From Amphiscolops sp. MND2022 (Eukaryota): a DNA stretch of 64,000 bases. The stretch is taken from positions 43,464,001 through 43,528,000 of the forward strand of contig OZ076413.1 of NCBI GenBank assembly GCA_964187785.1. Reading direction: 5' to 3'. Under the pieces are notes generated by a model. The model worked only from the letters and a program-made list of their open reading frames with translations. It was not told the origin of the DNA and did not search any database. Of the stretch, positions 48,601-62,200 are shown piece after piece (within the stretch, counting starts at the first letter, position 1; each line of letters starts with the position of its first letter). The position numbers were made by a program, and so were the translations under genes.

Positions 48601-51466
48601 AAAAAGCCCCATTCACAAAAATACATGAAATGAATGAGCACAAAAACCATGTTGCATGTCTCTCAAATTCCATCAAAAAAAGCAGATCAGGATCTCGAAA
48701 ATATCCGTTTTTATAGTCTCGGCTGGCCAACTGAAAAACAGTTGACACTGGCAGGGCTACCAACAAGCAGTTGCATAAAAAGCTCCATTCACAATAATAC
48801 ATGTAATGAATGAGCACAAAAACTATGTTGGAAGTCTCACAAAGTCCATCAAAAAAAGCAGATCAGGATCTCGAAAATATCCGTTTTTATAGTCTCGGCT
48901 GGCCAACTGAAAAACAGTTGACACTGGCAGGGCTACCAACAAGCAGGTGCATAAAAAGCTCCATTCACAATAATACATGTAATGAATGAGCACAAAAACT
49001 ATGTTGGAAGTCTCACAAAGTCCATCAAAAAAAGCAGATCAGGACCTCGAAAATATCCGTTTTTACAGTCTTGGCTGGCCAACTGAAAAACAGTCGACAC
49101 TGGCAGGGCTACCAACGAGCAGGTGCACAAAACGCCCCATTCACAATATTGCAAAAATTGAATGAGTTCAAAAACCATGTTGAAAGTCTCTGGAAGTCCA
49201 TCAAAAAAGCCGACCAGGACCTCCAAAATATTCGTTTTTATGATCTTGGCTGGCCAACTGAAAAACAGTCGACACTGGCAGAGATACCAACAATCAGGTG
49301 CATAAAAAACCCCATTCACAGTAATATATGAAATGAATGGGAACAAAAACCATGTTGCATGTTTCTCAAAGTCCATCAAAGAAAGCAGATCAGGACCTCG
49401 AAAATGTCCGTTTTTGTAGTCTCGGCTGGCCAACTGAAAAACAGTCGACACTGGCAGGGCTAGCAACGAGCAGGTGCATCAAAAGCCCTATTCACAGTAA
49501 TATATGAAATGAATGGGAACAAAAACCATGTTGCATGTCTCTCAAAACCCATAAAAAAAGCAGATCAAGACCTCGAAAATATCCGTTTTTATAGTCTCGG
49601 CTGGCCAACTGAAAAACAGTCGACACTGGCAGAGTTACCAACGAGCAGGTGCATAAAAAGCCCCATTCGCAGTAATACATGGCATGAATGAGCACGAAAA
49701 CCATGTTGCATGTCTCTCAGAGTCCATCAAAAAAAGCAGATCAGGACCTCGAATATGTCCGTTTTATAGTCTCAGCTGTCTAACTGAAAAACCGTCAACA
49801 CTGGCAGGGCTACCAACGAGCAGGTGCATAAAAAGCCCCATTCACAATGATACATGAAATGAATGAGCACAAAAACCATGTTGCATGTCTCTCAAAGTCC
49901 ATCACAAAAAGACGATCAGGACCTCGAAAATATCCGTTTTTATAGTCTTGGCTGGCCAATTGAAAAACAGTCGACACTGGCAGGGCTACCAACGAGCAGG
50001 TGCACAAAAAGCCCCATTCACAATATTGCAAAAAATGAATGAGGTCAAAAACCATGTTGAATGTCTCTGGAAGTCCATCAAAAAAGCCGACCAGGACCTC
50101 CAAAATATTCGTTTTAATGATCTTGGCTGGCCAACTGAAAAACAGTCGACACTGGCAGAGTTACCAACAATCAGGTGCATAAAAAGCCCCATTCACAATA
50201 ATACATGAAATGAATGAGCACAAAAACGATGTTGCATGTTTCTCAAAGTCCATCAAAAAAAGCAGATCAGGACCTCGAAAATATCCGTTTTTATAGTCTT
50301 GGCTGGCCAATTGAAAAACAGTCGACGCTGGCAGGGCTACCAACGAGCAGGTGCGCAAAAAGCCCCATTCACAATATTGCAAAAAATGAATGAGGTCAAA
50401 AACCATGTTGAATGTCTCTGGAAGTCCATCAAAAAAGCCGACCAGGACCTCCAAAATATTCGTTTTTATGATCTTGGCTGGCCAACTGAAAAACAGTCGA
50501 CACTGGCAGAGTTACCAACAATCAGGTGCATAAAAAGCCCAATTTACACTAATACATGAAATGAATGAGCACAAAAACGATATTGCATGTTTCTCAAAGT
50601 CCATTAAAAACAGCAGACCAGGACCTCGAAAATATCCGTTTTAATAGTCTCGGCTGGCCAACTGAAAAACAGTCGACACTGGCAGGGCTACCAACGAGGA
50701 GGTGCATCAAAAACCCCATTCACAGTAGTATATGAAATGAATGGGAACAAAAACCAAGTTGCATGTCTCTCAAAACCCATAAAAAAAGCAGATCAGAACC
50801 TCGAAAAAATCCGTTTTTATAGTCTCGGCTGGCCAACTGAAAAACAGTCGACACTGGCAGAGTTACCAACGAGCAGGTGCATAAAAAGCCCCATTCGCAG
50901 TAATACATGAAATGAATGAGCACGAAAACCATGTTGCATGTCTCTCAAAGTCCATTCAAAAAAAGCAGATCAGGACCTCAAAAATATCCGTTTTTATAGT
51001 CTCGGCTGGCCAACTGAAAAACAGTCGACACTGGCAGAGTTACCAACGAGCAGGTGCATAAAAAGCCCCATTCGCAGTAATACAAGAAATGAATGAGCAC
51101 GAAAACCATGTTGCATGTCTCTCAAAGTCCATCAAAAAAAGCAGATCAGGACCTCGAATATGTCCGTTTTATAGTCTCGGCTGTCTAACTGAAAAACCGT
51201 CAACACTGGCAGGGCTACCAACGAGCAGGTGCATAAAAAGCCCCATTCACAATGATACATGAAATGAATGAGCACAAAAACCATGTTGCATGTCTCTCAA
51301 AGTCCATCACAAAAAGCAGATCAGGACCTCAAAAATATCCGTATTTTTAGTCTTGCCTAGCCAACTGAAAAACAGTTGACGCTGGCAGGGCTACCAATGA
51401 GCAGGTGCAAAAAAAGCACCTTTCACATTAATACATGAAATGAACAAGCACAAAAACCATGTTGTT
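45697..51466. repeat. ~176-bp satellite array (copy 2, both ends visible)
   Basis: Same monomer; 47523 onward is colinear with position 1; degenerate left edge. Confidence 0.96.
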
Positions 51467-53834
51467 TTAGGAAATATTGTAGCGGTTCTTCAAAGTTTCT
51501 TTGACGTAGTTCGCCATGGACCGCTCTTCCTTGTCCGATGGTGTTCCAAAGACATACAGAGGCGTGAAATTGTACTTCTTTTCGAAATGCTTCTTCATGT
51601 GATCGAAAAGATCAAAAAGGTCCTCGTGTACTCGAATTGCCACAGCAGTGGTTTTTCCAGTTTTGTGCTTGTTTGTTCTTACTTCTTTTTGGCCTTCGCT
51701 TTTGATAGACTGATACTCTTCCCATGTGAAACGGTTCAATGGTCCAGGGCGGCAATTCATCCTTACACTCTGAATGAAATATACTAAGGCCTTCTCTTCG
51801 ACAAACTTCAAAGTATCTTCTTTTAAGTTTTGCTGTAGGTCTTCTTTAATTTTCGACATAGCAATCTGGATGTCCTGCTGTTCAGGAACCAGCTGCTGTA
51901 ACTTTTCCTGCGTTTGTCTTTTCTCATTGCAGGCTGGCTCTTCAAAATCTTTATTTACACTGCTGATGACAAAGATCCATTTAGGGAGATCAACCGATTC
52001 GTCTTTGAACGTACAGTACCAATTGAGGAACTTCGTGAAACTATATAAATATTTTTGCGTTGTCTGAAATCCACAAGACACGGTTTTACGCCACTCATCT
52101 ACGATCTTTCCGAAGGACCCTAGGGTGTTTTTGTGAAATTTTCGAGTGCTATGGAACCAAATTGCCATCGTTTTAGCCAGTGTACTATCGGGTAAACAGG
52201 TGAATTGTCGTCGGCCCCGTCGTTTTTCATCTGTTGTTATTTTTTCGCACCACTCATTGATTGCTAAAATGTGCTCTTCTTCATACCCTCTCTTGTTACT
52301 TAACATGTTTTTAACCCAATCGGGGAACTCGTTTGCGTCCGCGGGGTTTTTTACTCTTTCAATGTTTTTTCCCTCACGTTTTACATAATTTCCCTGGGAT
52401 CTTGAAGTCTGCACTGCTCTTTTGTGAGAGGGGATGCTGCCGAATCGTCTTTGGCAATCCATGCAGTAGTACACTCTCTTCCCTTTGACTACTTGGGCTC
52501 CGCGAGATTTATAGAAATCATTCAAGAACAATCTCAGAGACTCTGGCTTGTCTAAGTGAACTTTGTTTAAATGTCTATCAATTCTTTCGTGAATAACCGC
52601 ATCACATACTAAACATTCGTTCACCGTTAATTTTTTCATTCTCGAGTTAGTTTTTGCAGGTTTGTCTTCATTCCCATTGTGGTCATCATCATCATCTGTT
52701 GTTCCATCATCTGTTTCGTCTGAATCTGTTGTTCCAATTTCTATAGGAAACACGGGATCATTTGGTCTCTGATTTGGGCTCTCATTTGGGATCTCATTTG
52801 TTCTCACATTTGGGCTCTGATTTGGGCTCATATTTAGGTTCACATTTGGGCTCTCATTTGTTCTCACATTTGGGCTCTGATTTGGGCTCATATTTAGGTT
52901 CACATTTGGGCTCTCATTTGTTCTCACATTTGGGCTCTGATTTGAGCTCTGATTTGGGCTCATATTTAGGTTCACATTTGGGCTCTCATTTGTTCTCACC
53001 TTTGGGCTCTGATTCGGGCTCAAATTTGGGATCATGTTGTAATCGATTGCGGTTTTTGTGCCTGCGAAACAAATTAATATCGATCCAACTAGTTTTATCC
53101 CAATTAAGTTTCCAATGAAACAGTTCACCTAATTTAAAAAATTATTTAATCTCATTTGAATGTTGACAAATCCTTTGAAAACATTGTTCAATTCACTTCC
53201 GGCTTTATTTTTGAGTTTTTTTTACATTTTGACTCTTTTTTGACAATTTTACGAAATTGTAGGAGGAGGAAAAAAGCCCATCTGGAACTATATATACAAA
53301 AGAAAACAAAAAGTACCTGAACTGATTTGAGCCTTGCTTTGATTGGGAGCCAGATTCACAACAGGATCGATGGTACAATTTGTTTTATTGGGTTTGATTG
53401 GAACATTTGTTGCCGGTTCCATTGGTGATTTTGTGCCTGCGAAACAAAATTTTATATGAAAACGGAATGCTGACAAACAATAATATAATTAAAAGTAATT
53501 AGAAATTGAACGTTTCAAGAAGCTTTAGCACAGTCGGTAGAGCATGGGCTTCGGAATCATGAGATGACCAGTTCGATTCCCCGACATGTAAAATATTTCA
53601 TATTTTGAAAATATTTCTTCGATTGCGATAAAATAGAATCTACCGATCGTCTTAAAACAGGAGTAGATAATACTTGATCATTTTTCTAAGCGTATAGTTT
53701 TTGATTTGAAAATTACGAAAAAAAAACAAACTACCTGAATTGTTTCCATTGGTTGCCCGTTCAATTGGTTGACTCTCCAAGACTTTTCTCTTGGCTGATC
53801 TTCTGGCTCGCCTCAAGGATCGAACGGACTCCAT
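51467..53834 (-). pseudogene. Spliced tyrosine-recombinase-like gene, copy 2
   Basis: Same exons, motifs and truncation point as 4471-6767. Confidence 0.7.
53519..53590 (+). ncRNA. tRNA-like element, copy 2
   Basis: Same sequence as 6451-6522. Confidence 0.55.
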
Positions 53835-55412
53835 TGTAGCAAGAGAATTTGCGGAAATTTTGCAAAGGAAGGTTGTATTTGTAGCCAAATTTGATATATT
53901 TGAATTGAATGAACAGAATATGAGCAGAAAGCGTTTGTAGCGAAACTTGATATACTCAAACAGTATGAACAGAAATTGTGCAGAATATGAACAGAAAAGA
54001 GAAGGTAATGAATGAACGCAAATCAGGTGTGTAAATGAACGCAAATTAGGTGAGAACTTCATAGAAACGATTTGATCAACCAACAAGTATGAATTAACAG
54101 GTGTGAAACAGGTATGAGAGTTTAAATTGGACGCAAAAAAGATTATACTACTTTCCTTTGTAGTTTTTGTATAAGGTTACGATTTTGAAGTATAACCCCG
54201 CGTTGTAGTGAATTAGAAAAAATGTTTTCTCGACATAAATATCTAGCTGAGTTTGTTGAAGACATTGAAAAAGGAGAACCAATATTTCAGAATTGGGTAA
54301 AATTAAACTGAACATCCAATCATCAATTCATCTGGTGTAAATTTCTCAGATACATGATGCGCTTATGCAAAGCGTGGATGACACCCAGTTCTATTCCCAA
54401 CCCCATCCCCCCAGAGTGCGGCGAATTTAACAAAATTTCGGAAAATATTCAGAAATTAGTAAATACTTGTTATATTTGAAAGAACCTCGAAAAAGTTATT
54501 AAAACAAAATTAGCAGGTTGGGGGGGGGCAATTAGCAGGTTGTACTTTACAAGGGGGCACCTGTATTTCTGATTGAAATTTGCGAATGTTTTAAAGTTAA
54601 AAGCTGCTAATTCGATAACATATTACTTATTATTGCGCTTTCTAATTGGCCGAGGATTCAACCAATTAGAGATCTGAATCAAAGGTGGCATGAAGTCATT
54701 CCATACATATTGTTTGGTGTAATTCCTAATTCCCCCATGAGGTAAAATAAAATTAGAGAGTATTATTATATAATAACTAATGTTATAATAATAATAATAA
54801 TTATATAATAACTAAGAGCATGATGTTATAATGGTACATGAAGTCATTTTAATTATTGGGATTTAATAAATAAGCAAAAATAATTTTTAATTGAGAAATG
54901 ATACACAAGGTTCAAATACAAATCATGTCAACATCGTTTGTGTCAATGGGACCCTTCAGAGGCCACGTTCTCGACGTGGGTCTTGTTATGGGCGACACTA
55001 TGTGATCCCCTAACTGAGAGCCTCTTTAAAATTACATTATAATGGGTGTCAGTGTTTCAATGTTGTGATTTTTGATCACAACTTTCACTTTAGCCCGACA
55101 TTTTTTCAACTTGCAATTCTTTAACAACATTTTCTTGTGTGCAAACTGGCTTCGTTTTCATCTCACAGAGTTGGTGCAATTTGGCCTCGACCTTTTGAAC
55201 TCGACGGCGAGTCGCTAAATATGAGGTCACGAAAGTCAATTTTTATTGCATGAATGGACGTTTTTTGACCGTTTTAGATGTTTGGTTCTTCAACTCCTCC
55301 GGGAACATACTTAAAACATGGAGGCCAAATTGCACGGCCAATTTGCAGCAGGGATTTGTGCAACTTGGACTGTCGACTGAAAACAAGAACTGCAATTTGG
55401 ACTCTCGGAGTA

Positions 55413-55846
<434 letters not shown>

Positions 55847-56060
55847 GCAGGTACGGTGCTAGCAGTGACCGTGGCGGTGGGCGTGCTTATAACAGCAGCA
55901 GCTCTCCTTTTTTTTCTGTCCAATGTAGGCAAAATTTTAGTCTTTTCTTCATTGGTCAATTTTGAATCGTACAATACTGTGCTGACAGGCCTACTCGATG
56001 CCAATTGACTCTTGTACTGTGAAAAAGGTATCAATACAAATTTTTTCAATTCCATTACTA

Positions 56061-56327
56061 CTAACTTAAAAAGTATTGAATAACATGCTCGATAATAACA
56101 TCTAGCAACAAGAGCCCCTTTCGGGAAGTGAAAATGGCCCGCTGTTCCGCAAGAGTTGCTTTGGTCGAAATGATTCGCACAATTTGTGGCTTGAACTTTT
56201 CAATGTCTTTCCGCCTGATTCCGGGCACTACACCTTGCAAAATGTTTACAACTGATTCGGCCAGAAACCGGTCGGCCAGTGAAAGACTCTTGAAATGCTG
56301 CAGCGTAATAACTTGTTGTGTAGTCAT
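56061..56327 (-). CDS. Small basic Polinton protein, copy 2
   Basis: Duplicate of 9106-9372. Confidence 0.55.
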   Translation of the reverse strand: MTTQQVITLQHFKSLSLADRFLAESVVNILQGVVPGIRRKDIEKFKPQIVRIISTKATLAEQRAIFTSRKGLLLLDVIIEHVIQYFLS

Positions 56328-56914
56328 CGTCAATCTCTGTAATGCGGGCCTTTTCACTGGGTATATAGAAAACTGTTGGCTCCAAATTTGTACAAAATCG
56401 TAAAAGATCCAATGTTTTGGGTGACAGATCAATCATGAGAAATCCAAAAGGTTTGGATGTGGCATCCTTATAGCATAGAGGTAAAAATTTTTGCTTGCTC
56501 AACTATTGCCCAAGTCGTTCAATTTGATTAATGTCACGGGGAGATTGAAAAAGCACAATATGAGTCAACTGCAACTCTACGTCTCTTCCAATGGGTGATT
56601 TATGAAATAAATTATGCTTATTATACAAAACATGCAAGCCCAAGTGTCTACCAGCGGTAGCAATCCGAGTGAAATCTTTAGATTTTAAAAGTTCCTCTGA
56701 AAAGTCATCAAAAATTAGCAAGCGTTTTTTTCCGTCATGTGTAAATGATTGATTGATCAAATCAAAGTCTAGTCCTTGTATGAATTACAGATTGGTACCT
56801 TGGTTGAAACACTGGCAAGGTTAAAAGTTTTTACAAAAGTGTAGTCTTTCCAGAGCCGGATGGACCAACAAGAGACATAAACACATGGTTGTCAGTGGGA
56901 ATGACCTTGTTCAT
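56200..56914 (-). pseudogene. Packaging ATPase, copy 2
   Basis: Same lesions as copy 1 plus TAG at 56503. Confidence 0.88.
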
Positions 56915-57173
56915 TTCAGTGTCGGATTGGGTAGAATAGATCCCAGTGCACTGGCCAGCAAGGCAATCCAAACCGGCTTGTCTTTATCGTTTGAATATGA
57001 TACAGAAAGTTTGAAAATACAAAATGAGATAACCATAAGAATGACAAGTAATTGACTGAAAAGACAATTTCGGACCGTGCAATAGGCTTGCCGCAAAGTG
57101 TCCAAGTCTTGCGTTCTTGGTTATTCTCATCAAAAACGAATTCTTGCACTGCAAGGTCCGGCTGATCAGTCAT
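56911..57173 (-). pseudogene. Small membrane protein, copy 2
   Basis: 1-nt deletion near 57060; otherwise duplicate. Confidence 0.6.
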
Positions 57174-57202
57174 GCTGCAAATTTAACAAATGATGATGAT
57201 AA

Positions 57203-57805
57203 TTACATGAGTATGAGTGCTGCATCGTTGCGCAGCGGGGAAGTCTTTCGCGCCATTTCCGCAGCAGCAGGATCTTCTTTAATTTTATTGGCTAACCACT
57301 TGAGATAAAGCCTACTATTGATGGCCGCACATTTTTCATAATGATTGCGATATTTGGGAAAATTGGGACACAACGGCCTGTTCTCCTTGTCGTCGTCGTC
57401 GTCGTCGTTGTTCTCCTTATTATTTATCAAATGTTGGATTGCAGAGGCGTCAGGGCAGCCCATATCTTCCAAATTGTGATTTTTGAAATGGAAAAAACGA
57501 GAGAAAAAGTCACACTTTTGCACTCCTTTTGCATACTTCATGACTCCTGGTGGAATGAGGGTGTATACAGTGTTCCTCAGTTCCTTATAGTCAATAGCGC
57601 CTTCATCCCACGGAACATTGAGAATGTTGTTGTTGTTGTATTCCAGTTGTTCTTCACGGGTTAGATCTTTCCATGGCCTGGGAGGTTTGAATGATAAAGA
57701 TACAGAGTGATACGGTGTGGTTACACTAATTTCTTTAACTACGTCAACTTCTAAAAACTCACCATCCAAAACAAACGTAATAATGTAGTTGAAATCAGCC
57801 ATCAT
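57203..57805 (-). CDS. Polinton accessory protein, copy 2
   Basis: Duplicate of 10249-10860. Confidence 0.5.
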   Translation of the reverse strand: MMADFNYIITFVLDGEFLEVDVVKEISVTTPYHSVSLSFKPPRPWKDLTREEQLEYNNNNILNVPWDEGAIDYKELRNTVYTLIPPGVMKYAKGVQKCDFFSRFFHFKNHNLEDMGCPDASAIQHLINNKENNDDDDDDKENRPLCPNFPKYRNHYEKCAAINSRLYLKWLANKIKEDPAAAEMARKTSPLRNDAALILM

Positions 57806-58030
57806 GCTAGCAAGCAACTAAATTCTGTAAGAGTAAGAGAGGTAATGAAGCAGTCAAAAAATTAGTTAATGGTTATTGCTACTGACGCTGCTGCTGCTGA
57901 TTTCTGGGTTAGTCAATGTTGCGATTGGACGAAATAAGCCAGTCTCTGTGGTTGGACTTCCTTCTTTAGGTATTCCATTTGGGTAGCTCTGAATCTCTTT
58001 GACAACACTCAATAAATGAGATAGCTCCAT

Positions 58031-58498
58031 TCAAGAAATGTCTATTGTTTGTTGCATTTTCCAGCGCTTTTGATGTTGAATAAACAGTTTTAAGTACAAG
58101 TAGGTAGCTTGAGGATAACGCTTGGAAGCTACTCTGACGACTCTCGATTTGTTTGAGATAAAGTCTTGAACATCAAAGATGAAGTCAAAATAGTCCATAT
58201 CATTCTTGTGGTAGGGCATGCGAATGTCTAGTGAAAAGTCGAAGACATTGACAACGTTGGTGTAAACGTCGTCCCAAGGAATTTTGGTTAATTCTTGAAA
58301 CTTGAGAGTCAAATACTTTTGTGGTGTGTATTCCTTGGTCTCTTCATCAAACTTGAATAGTTGAATACTTGTATAGCTTTCTGAAGAAGACGGATAGGTT
58401 TTAACGGTAATTAAAAGGTAGCGTTTTGTACTAACTTCAAATTTGAAACATTTTAACACTTTACAATCAACAGGGTTGATGACAGCAGTTGATGACAT
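58031..58498 (-). CDS. PC4-like protein, copy 2
   Basis: Identical translation to 11086-11553. Confidence 0.4.
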   Translation of the reverse strand: MSSTAVINPVDCKVLKCFKFEVSTKRYLLITVKTYPSSSESYTSIQLFKFDEETKEYTPQKYLTLKFQELTKIPWDDVYTNVVNVFDFSLDIRMPYHKNDMDYFDFIFDVQDFISNKSRVVRVASKRYPQATYLYLKLFIQHQKRWKMQQTIDIS

Positions 58499-58611
58499 GA
58501 TGAAAATTTTTTATTTTGTCAAAATTTTTTGAATCAGCAAATAACAACTGAACTGTAGGTAGTGAACTAAAGTAATGATTTGATATTGCAAGGTAAGCTT
58601 GCAAAGGAAAA

Positions 58612-59214
58612 TTACTCGGTTATTGTGCTGATGTCATTTGTGGTGGTTGTGGAAATTTCAGATGAAGAATGTTGTTGCAAAATTTCCAATAGACGAGTCG
58701 CGACAACAATCTGCATTTGAACAATATTCATCAGCGACGCTATAGTGTGTTGTGGCCCTCTGTTGGTTGTTGCTGGTGAGTGTCGTCTCCTTTTTTTCCG
58801 ACCAATCCGTCTCCGAAGTAGACTCGTGACACATTCTTTGCTTCGATGTATACGATTGTGTTTAGTAGCCAATAACAAAGGTTCCATCAGGAAGTTTCCA
58901 TGGATACAAACAACTTTTTCCGAAAGAATAATAAAGAATTTGAAATAACTGTAGGGACAATTTACAATTTCAAAATCATAATTCAAATGCATCAACTTAT
59001 TTTGTATATTGTCAAAACCATAAAGCATGATGTGATATTTGCACTGCTTATTTTTGTTACAAAACTTGTTTGTCTGATGTTTACCCACAGCAAATTCAGG
59101 AGTTACCAGAAAACTTTGAAAATTGTTTGAATTTGTAGTAACAAACAGACACTTGTTTAGATTGATTTTCTCCCGAAAGAACGACGGCAAGTGCTGCTGC
59201 TGCTCTTTATTCAT
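58612..59214 (-). CDS. Hypothetical ORF, copy 2
   Basis: Duplicate of 11667-12269. Confidence 0.3.
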   Translation of the reverse strand: MNKEQQQHLPSFFREKINLNKCLFVTTNSNNFQSFLVTPEFAVGKHQTNKFCNKNKQCKYHIMLYGFDNIQNKLMHLNYDFEIVNCPYSYFKFFIILSEKVVCIHGNFLMEPLLLATKHNRIHRSKECVTSLLRRRIGRKKRRRHSPATTNRGPQHTIASLMNIVQMQIVVATRLLEILQQHSSSEISTTTTNDISTITE

Positions 59215-59218
59215 AACG

Positions 59219-62200
59219 ATGCAGTCGTCTGATGGAGCAACATCAACAACAACACCTTCAACTTCTCAGCAATCCGTTGTAACTTTTGTTTGCAGTAAAT
59301 GTGGAAAAGAGTTTTCGCGCAAGTACAATAGAAACCGACATGAAAAGACACATGACAAGGATGATTTACACTGTGGACAGTGGAACTACTTTGCAAAAAG
59401 TAGCCAAGACCTCACTCAACACTCATAAATCTTTTAAGCATGTGAAAAAGAAAAACTTCAAATGTGGCTACTGTGATTCAACCTTTGCAACAATGCTCAA
59501 ATTGCAACAACATACACATACCGAACATGAAATGTTAAAATCACCAAACTCTCAACTGAACGATGCCCAATTTGGGAACGATGAACCACTGAAAGAACTT
59601 GTTCGTAGAAAGAGACATATTATGGGGGATCAAATTGTTTTGCTACACCACCAAACAACTGTCAATTTTCTTTTGAAGGATGAAGGGGTTGATAGTATTT
59701 GTAATGTACTCGATGAAGCTTTTGCAAAAATAACTAGGGTACCCAAAATGAATGTCAGTTTTGGATACATTCTCTCAAACAACGAAACTGGCGAATATTG
59801 CTACTACTACTACTACTCAAGTGACAATACAACAGTCTTACCCAAACCAAAGCTAGTAGAAAACTTTGAACAATTCAAACTGTTAAAACAAGACATTTTC
59901 AGCACTGACTTTATTGAAAAATTTACAAACTTTCGCGACAGCACAAAATGGACTTTCTTCTGTTTAACCAACGTCTCTCTACATGCCACACACTTGTCAC
60001 GTCTACCAATGGGAAGCACCGATCAAGTTGTGATAGATATTCCGGATTTCATCAAATTCTCGAGGAGTGTGTGGACACTTACCCACAACAAATCTACAAA
60101 AAGAAGGCTTAATGATAATCTTTGCGTTTTTCGTGCCTTGGCTGCCTTTCAACAAAATTCCATGCATGGATTGGAATCTAAAACAATGGAGCTTTTCCAA
60201 ATGTACATTCGCGGAGTGCAAAAGAACGTTCAAGATTTCACCGGTATTGAGCTGACGGACCTGCCAGACGTTGAAAAGTTTTGTTCTTGCGCCATCCGAG
60301 TGTTTTCAGCTGAACTAGATGTACACAATGTAGTAAAAGGTGAATTGTTATACCGAAGTAGAACGTTGAAAATGGACATGCAATCCAACGTTGTTGATCT
60401 GCTTCTAGTCGATAATCACACTTGTCTAATCCGAAATCTAAACGTATTTTTTCGACAATTCAAGTGCATCAAGTGTGAACAGTACTTTTCAGGTCTGTTT
60501 GAATTGAATCGCCATCTAAAGTCATGCTCGGAAAAGTCAGATCACTCCTATCCAGGTGGGAAATATACGCCTACTGACACTTTTTTCACGACGCTAGAGA
60601 CCGTGTTTGATGTTTGTGTTCCGCATGAGCACAGATTCTACAAGTCTTTTGTTACTTTTGATTTTGAATCCATTTTGAGACAAAAGTCATCATCACAGCA
60701 AACAAATGGATTTGATACCAACCAAGATGATTGTTTCATCAAAACGAAAAAATTGGAGTTTACTCATCAACATATTCCCGTATCGGTTGCAGTATATCAA
60801 AACATTACAACAGACGAATCAGCTGCAAAGTGGTTAGTGGAAAGAGACCCTAACGGTTTGGTAGACAAGTTTGTAGACTATTTAATGGACTTGTCCCTCA
60901 AAAATATCTCTCACCAGCGACAAAAATTTTTACCCTATCTAGAACAAATTGATGAAATGTTATTAGAATTTGAACCAGATGACACCATGGGAGAGAACAC
61001 ACACTCAGATGATGAAGGAGCTGCTCTAAACGAAACCACTACCGCTACTACTACTGTATCCAGTACACAGCAGAGATTGCACAGATTCCTGAAAAGAACA
61101 CGAACGCAGTTCTTACAATACATTGACCAGCTACCAATTGTTGGTTTCAATAGTGGATTCTACGATTTGAACTTGATAAAGTCATACCTTTTAAAGTCTC
61201 TGCAGCGTTTCGTTAGCTTGTCATCCATTAAAGTGTATTAAACGAAATACTCGCTTCTTAATCCTTTCAACACCAAACATGCGCTTCATGGACTGTAGTC
61301 ATTTTGTTGCAGCTGGTACATCATTAGACAAGTTTTTGAAAGCCTGTGGTAGCGAAGTCAGCAAGTTTTTCTTTCCTTACGAACATCTAACCAGTTTTGA
61401 AATTTTACAAGAAACTTCATTGCCACCCTACGAAGCATTCTTTTCCTCACTGAAGAATGAAAACGTTTTGGAGAACGAGATTAACAGTTTTGTTCGGAAT
61501 GGAGGCAGCCTCACTGATCCAAGTAGACCAAAGACAGGGTTGGAAGTATATGAGGACATTAAACAAACATGGGACCACGAAGGGTTTCAAACAATGATGG
61601 AATATTTACAATATTACAATAACCTTGATGTTTATCCCCTCCACAAGGCTGTGACCAAAATGGCCCAATTCTAAGAACAACACTCGATTGACTTGCTGAA
61701 GGAAACTCTAACACTCAGTGGCGCCGCCAACAAAATTTTACATCGATCAAACAAAGGCGAAGGAATATTTTTGTTCAATTATAAACACAAGGATTTGTAT
61801 CAAAGTGTTCGACACAACATTGTTGGAGGGCCAAGTATATTGTTTAGTCGTTACGAAAAAATTAATGAAACTGCCATCAATGATGAAATAGTCAAATCAA
61901 TAGTTGGTTATGATGCCAACGCTTTGTATTTATCTGCTATTGGTGGGAACATGCCAACTGGACCTTTTTCTCATTATGTGTGCAACAGCGAAAACGCTCT
62001 AGTTTCCGAAAAAAATAAATTTTCACAAGCTGAACGACAGTATGTTGCTTTTATCTCCAAACAACATCACGACCAAAACCCAAGTTGTTCAGTGACCACT
62101 CGTTTCACAAATATGCGCCACCAAGTTAGAACACTCGTTCCCGATGCTACTTGTGTGTCCTGTAAAACTGTTTGGGAATTTATGGGATGTTATCATCACG

